A DNA stretch of 64,000 nucleotides from Candidatus Caldarchaeum sp. (lineage in GTDB: Archaea; Thermoproteota; Nitrososphaeria_A; Caldarchaeales; Caldarchaeaceae). The stretch's first letter is position 1, and the number at the start of each line of letters is the position of its first letter. A program made the position numbers and the translations under genes. This document shows, one piece after another, positions 56,759 through 64,000 of the stretch. The stretch is taken from positions 10,194 to 74,193 of the forward strand of contig JAWBRA010000005.1 of NCBI GenBank assembly GCA_038844785.1, in the 5' to 3' direction. Below the pieces are notes generated by a model. The model had not been told where the DNA came from. It saw only the letters and a program-made list of their open reading frames with translations, and did not search any database.

Positions 56759-57232
56759 ATGCCGGACGCTATCACAGACGAGATAATCCGGTTGATAGAA
56801 TCTGAAGGCGTTGTAGGGTTGGCTACTCACAGGCACTATCCTAGGGAGAAGATAATTTACACAAGGTTCGGCAGATGTGGTTTCGCCATAGACGTTGTAA
56901 AGATCGAGAATGGGCTGAGACGCACCTACTCCGTACTCGTTGAAGCCGAAGCCCAAGCTCCGGGCGACTTTGTTGAAGACTTTCTCAAACTTCCGGGAAA
57001 GGTTCGCTACATTCTGTCTGTTGGGGAGAGCGGCGGCAAAACGTTGAAGGTTAAAAACGACACCTATAGAGATGCGTCAGACTTGTTTGAGAGGGTTGAG
57101 AAGGTTAGACAGGTCTTCTACCGCGTTTACCACGGCCTTAAGCAAAAACACAGGGAGGAGGTTGCAAAAATCGGCGAGGAGGTATTCCATGCCGTCGGGT
57201 TGACTGCCGACGAGCTCCACTTAGGCGTTTAA
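56759..57232 (+). CDS. Hypothetical protein
   Basis: Clean 157-aa ORF divergent from rpl3; no recognised motif. Confidence 0.65.
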   Translation: MPDAITDEIIRLIESEGVVGLATHRHYPREKIIYTRFGRCGFAIDVVKIENGLRRTYSVLVEAEAQAPGDFVEDFLKLPGKVRYILSVGESGGKTLKVKNDTYRDASDLFERVEKVRQVFYRVYHGLKQKHREEVAKIGEEVFHAVGLTADELHLGV

Positions 57233-57246
57233 GCCGACGGACCATT

Positions 57247-57411
57247 TTACCCGTTTTTCTTCTTAACAGCAGGAATACGATAGACCTTAGCCTCGTCCGG
57301 TGTCTGAACAAAGACGTCGCCGCATTTGACGCATCTAAAATACTTGTTGACGCCTTGCTCGGCTTTCTGCTCGCCAATGAACTCCAACGCATGGCTGCAC
57401 TCTTCCGCCAC
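57247..57411 (-). CDS. Putative 54-aa zinc-ribbon protein (not in the ORF track)
   Basis: GTG-AEECSHALEFIGEQKAEQGVNKYFRCVKCGDVFVQTPDEAKVYRIPAVKKKNG-TAA; CxH...CxxC; TTTAAA about 25 nt upstream. Confidence 0.65.
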   Translation of the reverse strand: MAEECSHALEFIGEQKAEQGVNKYFRCVKCGDVFVQTPDEAKVYRIPAVKKKNG

Positions 57412-57490
57412 ATAGCAGGATAGTGGCCGCGGTTTTAAAGCCTTTAGGAGAGTAACGGCTATAAAAACGGCTTAACCGTCTTTCAGCGAA

Positions 57491-58726
57491 GTGTTAAAGT
57501 ATTTTCTAGCCGTAGGCCGTGAGACGCCTTCACCCAAGACGTTCAGGCATGATTTGTGCGAGGTTTTCGATTTAGACAATGGGTTGAAGGCTAAACTCTA
57601 CATCTCCGGCGAGGCTTACGAGTCAGATAATTTTTACGAGGGGTTTGTGAGGGGGAGGGTTGTTGTCCAGCTTATCTCCCCCAACGCCTGTCAAACAGCC
57701 CAGCTCATGTACCACGCCGTTGATTTGACCGAGACTTTGAAAAAGGTGAATGGTTTTTTCGCAGGCATCGTGTTGGGAGAACATGTAATGGTTTTCAGAG
57801 ATCATGTGGGATTGGCCCCCGTCTACCTCGTAGAAAACGAGGTGAAAATTGTTACAAACCTGCCTGCTGAGGCTGCGGAATGGGCGGCCGCCCCAAAACC
57901 AGTAAAACCCGCCACAGCAACGGACATAATCGCCAGCAGGCCCTACAGCTTCTGGCATCCTTCCGTAACTGAGGATGCTTCCGAAAGTCTTCTGGAACGT
58001 TTAACAAGCAGTGTGAAAAAATTGTGTCCTAAAAATCCAGCCGTTTTCTTTTCAGGCGGCTTGGACAGCCTTGTTCTCGCAAAACTTCTCGACCAGCTTG
58101 GTTATAACCCGGTCTTGCTTACTCTGGGCGTTGAGGGCAGCCGCGACTTCGAGCGCAGCGAAAGGGCGGCTAAAACCCTAGGTCTTAACGTCGTCAGAGT
58201 TAACGTGGACAGAGATATGGTTGGAAACGCGTTGGAAAAGCTGAAGCGTTTGTTGGGGAAGATGTCAGTCATGGATGCTTCGATAGCCACAGCGATGTAC
58301 CTACTGTCCGTTGAGGCAGTGGAGATGGGTTGTTCAGCCGCTGTTTCAGGGCAGGGAGCTGACGAGCTGTTTGCAGGCTATAGGAGATACGAAACCGTTC
58401 TAGCTGCAGAGGGATACAAAGGGTTGGATGAAGTTCTTAGAAGAGATTTTCTCAAGCTGCATGAATTCGGTCTGCCGAGGGATTTTTTAGCGGCCCGGGC
58501 CGGCGGAACATATGTCATAACCCCCTACCTAGCTAAAGAGGTCGTCGAAGCCGCTGTCTCCATACCATCCTCCAAAAAAATCGCCGTCGAGGAAGGTGGA
58601 GCAATCAGAAAGAAGGTCTTAAGAGAGGTATGCAGGCAGCTCGGGCTGGGAGAACTAGCCGAAGTAGAGAAAAAAGCGCTCCAGTACAGCACAGGTTTGC
58701 AGAAGATTGTGAGGAAAATGGTTTGA
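57491..58726 (+). CDS. Asparagine synthase B-like ATP-dependent amide ligase
   Basis: RDHVGLAPVY, FSGGLDS PP-loop, SGQGADELFAGY and KKALQYSTG motifs; no N-terminal Cys. Confidence 0.85.
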   Translation: MLKYFLAVGRETPSPKTFRHDLCEVFDLDNGLKAKLYISGEAYESDNFYEGFVRGRVVVQLISPNACQTAQLMYHAVDLTETLKKVNGFFAGIVLGEHVMVFRDHVGLAPVYLVENEVKIVTNLPAEAAEWAAAPKPVKPATATDIIASRPYSFWHPSVTEDASESLLERLTSSVKKLCPKNPAVFFSGGLDSLVLAKLLDQLGYNPVLLTLGVEGSRDFERSERAAKTLGLNVVRVNVDRDMVGNALEKLKRLLGKMSVMDASIATAMYLLSVEAVEMGCSAAVSGQGADELFAGYRRYETVLAAEGYKGLDEVLRRDFLKLHEFGLPRDFLAARAGGTYVITPYLAKEVVEAAVSIPSSKKIAVEEGGAIRKKVLREVCRQLGLGELAEVEKKALQYSTGLQKIVRKMV

Positions 58727-59217
58727 GGCCTGTAGAGTCGGCGCTAATGATGCTCAAACGCATTCCGCGTAGTGGATGGGTTGAGCTAGGTGTGAGACGG
58801 CCCGAGAACGTGGCCAGCCATTGCCTCAGCCTTGCCGTGTTGGTGATGGTTGAGGCTGAGAGAAAAGGTTTGGATTGTTTGAAGGCTGTCAAAATGGCGT
58901 TGCTGCATGATATTCCTGAAAGCTATACAGGCGATTTGACACCCAAGATAAAGAAGAAAATCCCCAGGAAAATCTTGGACAATGTTGAGTTATCGCTTTT
59001 GAAGCAGCTTTTCACCGACTTTGGCGTCAAACAAGCAGAAGACCTTATAAACCTCTACAAAGAATACTTGAGAGGTGTCTCGCCAGAGGCTAAGCTTGTC
59101 CACAGGCTTGATAAGGTTGAGATGATGTTGGAGGCCTCATGGCTTGCATCCAACAAGGTTGTTGACAGACGCAAGCTCGAGAGACATGGCTTCATCCCAC
59201 GCCGTCGTAGAGGGTGA
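58723..59217 (+). CDS. HD-domain hydrolase (YfbR/HDDC2-like)
   Basis: LKRIPRSGW, ENVASH, LLHDIPESYTGD and DKVE motifs; TTG overlaps the upstream stop. Confidence 0.9.
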   Translation: MRPVESALMMLKRIPRSGWVELGVRRPENVASHCLSLAVLVMVEAERKGLDCLKAVKMALLHDIPESYTGDLTPKIKKKIPRKILDNVELSLLKQLFTDFGVKQAEDLINLYKEYLRGVSPEAKLVHRLDKVEMMLEASWLASNKVVDRRKLERHGFIPRRRRG

Positions 59218-60296
59218 AAGGGTTGGCTGAAGACCTCTATGTAGAAGCATTGCTGTCCGGTTTCCCATTCCTCAAGGTAGTAAGGGAATATGTAGCTCAG
59301 CAGAAACTACGTCTGGAAGATTTTGAGCATGCTGAGAACCTAGTTAAGACGGCCGTCAAAAAAGTTGAGGAGGCTCTTGCACCCTGGCCTTCAAGAAAAC
59401 GCGAGGAAGTTTTGACGAGCGATGTTGAGATAATCTCACATCCTCTGGCGATGGCTTTGGTAGCCATGCTCGACAGCCCTTTCGCGAAAAGAAGGTTCGC
59501 AGCCTACGAGGCGGAACGGTATGCCAACCTGCTGAAAAACATCAAAGAAGGACAAAAACAGGCACTACACTACATCTTGGCAAACGTGCTGGGGATGCAG
59601 GTTAGAATCCACAACCCACCCAACGAGTTCTGGATACATTTCGCTGACTACCTCAAGATCGCCGTCAACCTTAACGAACCACGGTTTAAACTCGTCAATA
59701 GATTGCTGGATAAGGGATTTGTAGCTGTGACCAGGAACGAGGCTATTACGCTGGTCAAGAACGGTCTCGAAAGGCTCATCTTCCAAAGGCTGGAGACGAT
59801 GGGCAGGATAGAGCCTCCATCCTTCCTGTTGGAGCATGTAAAGCATTTGAAGAAAATTTTGGAGAATGTTAGCCAGAAAGACCGTTTTGAGTCTGTGAGG
59901 CTCGACCCGAGCATGTGGCCTCCATGCATGAATGCTTTGAGGAACCGTCTGTTGGCGGGAGAACCCGTCAGCCATTTTGGAAACTTCGCCATAGCCTCAT
60001 TCATGCTGAGAATAGGTATGAGCGTCGACGAAGTCATAGCTGTCTATTCTCAAAGAGGTGACTTCGACCCACGCATAGCACGATATCAAGTGGAGCATAT
60101 AGCAGGGTTGAAGGGGAGCAGGACCAAGTACTCGGCCCCACGCTGCACAACAATGCAAGCACACGGTCTCTGCGTGGAGGAGGGGAGGCTGTGCGGCGGG
60201 ATCAGAAGCCCGATGCAGTTTTATAGGAGAAGAGCGAAAGCCGTGAAGGGCCCCGTTGAACTTGAAAGAGATAAGCCTAAACAAAACAATAGCTAA
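59214..60296 (+). CDS. priL: DNA primase large subunit
   Basis: FKLVNR...GFV, WPPCM, DFD...ARYQVEHIAG and Fe-S cysteines in PRC...GLC...LC. Confidence 0.92.
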   Translation: MKGLAEDLYVEALLSGFPFLKVVREYVAQQKLRLEDFEHAENLVKTAVKKVEEALAPWPSRKREEVLTSDVEIISHPLAMALVAMLDSPFAKRRFAAYEAERYANLLKNIKEGQKQALHYILANVLGMQVRIHNPPNEFWIHFADYLKIAVNLNEPRFKLVNRLLDKGFVAVTRNEAITLVKNGLERLIFQRLETMGRIEPPSFLLEHVKHLKKILENVSQKDRFESVRLDPSMWPPCMNALRNRLLAGEPVSHFGNFAIASFMLRIGMSVDEVIAVYSQRGDFDPRIARYQVEHIAGLKGSRTKYSAPRCTTMQAHGLCVEEGRLCGGIRSPMQFYRRRAKAVKGPVELERDKPKQNNS

Positions 60297-61454
60297 AAAC
60301 ATAGCGCTTCTCACATCCTGTCAAGCATTGAACACTGTCGTCCAGTTTTTCATCGTATTTGCTCCAGCGGCGATTCTTCTGCTCGGCGGCTCCGCAGCCC
60401 TAGCACGCCTCGGCTCCGCTTTCATCTGGGGTGGACGTCTAATAAGCACGTACCAGTTCGGCGCTTTGATGGACAGGCTTGGAAGAAGGCCTGTGATAGC
60501 GGGTGGGATGGCTTTGGCGGCTGCCGCGTCGTTGGTTGCTGCCCTGTCCGTCAGCAGCCGCGCTCTGCCGTGGTTTCTGCTCACCCTACTGCTTTACGGA
60601 GTTGGCCGTGGAATGGTTGAGTTTTCACGCGTTGCGGTGGCAGATATGCTTCCAGCAAACATGAGAGGCTTGGGAACAGGCATCATACTTACGGAAGCAT
60701 AGCTGGAACGCTCGCCACCCCGCTGCTCGTCAGCTACATAACGCAACAACCAAACTCAACACATTCATAGAACGTAGTCACCTTCACAACGCAGCGTCCA
60801 TATCGCTAACTGGTTTAGTGCTGTCTCTGGTTTGGCCAGACCCGCTGAAGATGGCTGGACACAGTAACAATCCAATGCGCGGCACACGGGATGTGTTGAG
60901 GAGGCTGCGCGAACCGGGCATTCTCACGGCCGCGGCCTCCATGGCTACGTTAACGGGCGTCATGGTCGCGGTCATGTCGCTCAACACTGTCCTGATGTAC
61001 AGTCACCACCACAGCGCGACAGACATCTCCACAGTAGTCATGATTCACGCCATAGGCATGTACGCTTCTCCATACCTCTCGGCAAACTTTCCGACAAGGT
61101 TGGCAGGCCGGCTGTCATGCTGGCGGGTCTGGTGGTAACGCTTGCGGGAGTCCTGCTGCTGCCGCTGTCGAGCTACATGACCATTGTGACGATGGCGTTG
61201 TTTTTCGTCGGGCTTGGATGGAGCGCCGCCTGGGTTTCCTCGTCGGCTTACATAGCTGACTTACTGTGGTTGAGGGGAGGGGTGGAGTGATGGGTGTCGC
61301 CGACGCCATGGCTGCAGGCTCGTCGATAATCATGCCCATCCTAGGGGGCTTGGCTCTTGAGGCCGGCGGCGCTGGCTTGCTGGCTGCTACGGCTGTGGCC
61401 GCCTCCCTGCCTTCTATAGCTGCGTGCACAAGGGTTTTGAGGGTTAAGCCCTGA
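60256..61454 (+). pseudogene. MFS transporter pseudogene
   Basis: GALMDRLGRRPV motif A; stop at 60702; the rest is in other frames including GKLSDKVGRPAV, with several frameshifts. Confidence 0.85.
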
Positions 61455-62049
61455 CTTTGGAGAACCTCTTGTCCACGTCGTCCCAGTTTACCACGTTCCA
61501 CCAGTTGTCCACGTAGGCCGCTCTGTCGTTCTTATACTGCAGATAATACGCGTGCTCCCAAACGTCCAGAGTTAGGAGCAGCGGAAGGTCTGGCGGATGC
61601 ATGAAGTTCTGTTTCTCCACCTGGTATATGACCAGTGTTTCGGACTCTGCGTCATAGGTTAGCACAGCCCAGCCGACGGCCTCCACGTTCTTGGCGGCGT
61701 CGGAGAACTGCTTCTTGAAAGATTCAAAGTCGCCGAAGTCTTTGTTTATCTGGTCCGCTATGCTTCCGCCGGGCTTTCCACCGCCCTTCCCAGCGGGAGC
61801 CATGTTGGGCCAAAAAACCGCGTGAAGCTTGTGTCCGCTCAGGTTGAAGCTTAAGTCGCGGAGTATGCCTCTTATGTTCTCAGGGTTTTCGCCTTTCCTA
61901 TGTTTCTCAAGCCTCTCCAAAGCGGCGTTGGCACCGTTGACATAGGCTTGGTGATGTTTCGTATGGTGTAGCGTCATGATTTCCGCTGAAATGTAGGGTT
62001 CCAAGGCGTTGTACGCGTAGGGAAGCTGAGGAAGAACGTATTTTTTCAT
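61444..62049 (-). CDS. sod: Fe/Mn superoxide dismutase
   Basis: LPYAYNALEP, HHTKHH and DVWEHAYYLQY motifs. Confidence 0.97.
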   Translation of the reverse strand: MKKYVLPQLPYAYNALEPYISAEIMTLHHTKHHQAYVNGANAALERLEKHRKGENPENIRGILRDLSFNLSGHKLHAVFWPNMAPAGKGGGKPGGSIADQINKDFGDFESFKKQFSDAAKNVEAVGWAVLTYDAESETLVIYQVEKQNFMHPPDLPLLLTLDVWEHAYYLQYKNDRAAYVDNWWNVVNWDDVDKRFSKVRA

Positions 62050-62156
62050 GCATGAGGGTTTTCAAGACGTTTATAAAAAATTATCGCACCAACCATACAA
62101 ACTACAGCTGTAAAAAGGGTTTATCTCATGACGTTTTAATCTCAGCTAAGAAAGGC

Positions 62157-62804
62157 TTGGATAAGGCCGAGTTCAAAGAAGTAGTCAAAATTTTAAAGGC
62201 GCGATACATGTCGAAAGCTCGGCCTGAACATGTTTCAGGAGGCGACCCTTTCAAAGTCCTTGTAGGCGCATTGCTATCCCATAGGACGCGTGACGAGATG
62301 ACCGATATGGCTTACAACAAACTTTTCAGCAGGTATAAAGACCCGGCCCAGCTTGCTAAGGCTGACGTACGAGAGATAGCTCAGACGATAAAAGCAGTTG
62401 GCTTTTACAGGCAGAAAGCAAAACGAATCAAAAGGATAGCTCAAATTATCTATTGGGAGAGGGATGGAAAGGTTCCTGAAAACCGTGAAGAGTTGATGAA
62501 GCTCCCCGGAGTTGGGCCTAAGACGGCCGACATTGTTTTGTCAGTCGGCTTCGGAAAAACCGAGGTTGCTGTTGACACCCATGTTCAAACAGTAGCGGTC
62601 AGGCTCGGCATAGCCTCGGAGAAATCAGGCTACGAAGAAATCAAAAGCAACATAACGAAGCTAGCTCCAGCAGAAGACCTTCATTTGATTAACCAGCTGT
62701 TTGTAAGGTTCGGGAGGGAGATATGCAGAAGGCCTAAACCAAAGTGTAATGTTTGCCCTATAACAGTATACTGCGGATTTTACCGGAAAGGCTTCAAAGC
62801 TTGA
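62157..62804 (+). CDS. nth: Endonuclease III (HhH-GPD glycosylase with 4Fe-4S cluster)
   Basis: DPFKVLV, LPGVGPKTA, VDTHV and CxxxxPKCxxCPxxxxC motifs; TTG start at 62157 is inferred. Confidence 0.92.
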   Translation: MDKAEFKEVVKILKARYMSKARPEHVSGGDPFKVLVGALLSHRTRDEMTDMAYNKLFSRYKDPAQLAKADVREIAQTIKAVGFYRQKAKRIKRIAQIIYWERDGKVPENREELMKLPGVGPKTADIVLSVGFGKTEVAVDTHVQTVAVRLGIASEKSGYEEIKSNITKLAPAEDLHLINQLFVRFGREICRRPKPKCNVCPITVYCGFYRKGFKA

Positions 62805-63252
62805 GCTCTTTGAGCCTGGCGAGCACCTCATCGGCATGGCCTTCTGCCGTAACTTTGTGGAAGGCAGCCCTTATGATGCCTGAGCTATCTATGATGAATG
62901 TTTTACGCAGGCATCTGCCTTTCTCAGGGCTGTAGGCGTTGAAAAGATTCGCGACCCGGCCTTCCTTGTCAGACAAAAGCATGAAGTTTAAGCGGTGTTT
63001 TGATGCAAAACGTTTATGAGACTCGGCGTCGTCAACACTCACCCCAACAACGTTAACGTTCATCTTCCTAAACTTTTCGAGAGAATCACGAAATCCACAA
63101 GCTTCAGCAGTGCAGCCGGGTGTGTCATCGCGGGGATAAAAATAGAGGACTAGGGCCTTATGGCCGGCCAGCAAATCCTTTAAACCATGTTCCCTTCCCT
63201 CTGGGTCGGGCAGCGTGAAATCCGGAGCCCTGTCGCCTGGCTCGGGCTTCAT
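62794..63252 (-). CDS. bcp: Peroxiredoxin, Bcp/PrxQ type
   Basis: LYFYPRDDTPGCTAEAC motif; ATG at 63252 overlaps the erpA stop. Confidence 0.94.
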   Translation of the reverse strand: MKPEPGDRAPDFTLPDPEGREHGLKDLLAGHKALVLYFYPRDDTPGCTAEACGFRDSLEKFRKMNVNVVGVSVDDAESHKRFASKHRLNFMLLSDKEGRVANLFNAYSPEKGRCLRKTFIIDSSGIIRAAFHKVTAEGHADEVLARLKELKL

Positions 63253-63599
63253 CTCATGCTGAATGAATGGCCGCATCCGCATGTAGAAGCGACGTTAGGG
63301 TTGTTGATGGAGAAACCAGACCCCATCACATCCTCAACGTAATCTATCTCCGACCCATCGAGGAACTGGGCGCTAAAAGAATCTACCACTATCTTTACAC
63401 CGTGGGCCTCGACGACGATGTCGTCGTCGTAAACGTTTTCATCCAATGCCATACCATATCTGAAGCCTGCGCACCCTCCTCCAGTGACGTAAATCCTCAA
63501 CGCAAGCTTGTCGTTCTGCTCCTCTGAAACGAGCTGCGCAATCTTCCTAGCAGCCCTCTCCGTTACTTTGAGGCTGAACGGCTCTAGTTTGGCTTCCAT
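63249..63599 (-). CDS. erpA: A-type Fe-S carrier (ErpA/IscA/HesB)
   Basis: GGGCAGFRY and NPNVASTCGCGHSF motifs. Confidence 0.95.
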   Translation of the reverse strand: MEAKLEPFSLKVTERAARKIAQLVSEEQNDKLALRIYVTGGGCAGFRYGMALDENVYDDDIVVEAHGVKIVVDSFSAQFLDGSEIDYVEDVMGSGFSINNPNVASTCGCGHSFSMR

Positions 63600-64000
63600 G
63601 TTACCGACTAACGATGGCTGGCTTTATTAAAACGTTTTGGTTGTACAAATTTAAATGACTGACCTCCAAGGCCTTAAACAATCATAAACCACCTCCTTTA
63701 AGGAAGGGGAAAAATAGGGGGAGGTTTGGCTGGAGGCAACCAGCAGGACAACACCTAAGAACCCCAAAGAGAGAGAGGCCGGTATGTTAAATAGGGTGTC
63801 ATGTACGGGTTTTACACCCATACATGTTAAAGAATAAGTCATAACGGCTTGGGGTTTTTCTCTGCTGTCTATGCCGGTATGACCTGCGGCCTCTCTGATT
63901 CTTCTTATCGTTTCTTCCTCGTCTTTGGCCTTTATCCCTGTTCCTCCTTTTAATGCCATCGTAAGACGCTGTAGCGCTTTTCGGAGGTGTCCAGTGAATA

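Noticed and set aside
63651-63959. 102-aa minus-strand ORF as a real gene
   Set aside because: No motif, and it runs through a hairpin and a terminator-like tract; it cannot be supported within this window
1-64000. CRISPR arrays, rRNA genes, or a defence/provirus island
   Set aside because: No regularly spaced repeats, rRNA-like stretch, or cas, integrase or capsid genes detected by eye

Overview
Archaeal chromosomal window of about 50% GC. It is gene-dense, with many TTG/GTG starts and 1-4 bp gene overlaps. Gene content and style point to a thermophilic TACK archaeon, most likely Aigarchaeota/Caldarchaeales (inference). Most of it is housekeeping: pstB-phoU, tpiA, gcvPA-PB-T, RPA, glmS, a branched-chain amino acid ABC transporter, pgk-gap, TFE-aTrm56, atpI, cdc6, 2-oxoacid dehydrogenase E1, speH-speE, L3-L4-L23-L2-S19, priL and sod-nth-bcp-erpA. 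There are four tRNAs, one of them a tRNA-Thr(GGT) with a 27-nt non-canonical 45/46 intron. A 408-bp IS6-type non-autonomous element has perfect 15-bp TIRs and an 8-bp target duplication, and there are five eroded genes. The best candidate for an undescribed system is a co-oriented cluster of etfB/etfA, a fused fixC-fixX, a rhodanese and a lipoyl-carrier (GcvH/LbpA-like)-TusA fusion, which suggests a lipoate-coupled sulfur relay wired to ETF with no sHdr genes nearby. Other leads are a MetF/Mer-like hybrid barrel convergent on gcvT, an AsnRS-paralog coupled to an Fe-S-less glutamate-synthase-like flavoprotein, and a CBS-HPF hibernation-factor-like protein. All assignments come from motif recognition by eye; no database searches were run.
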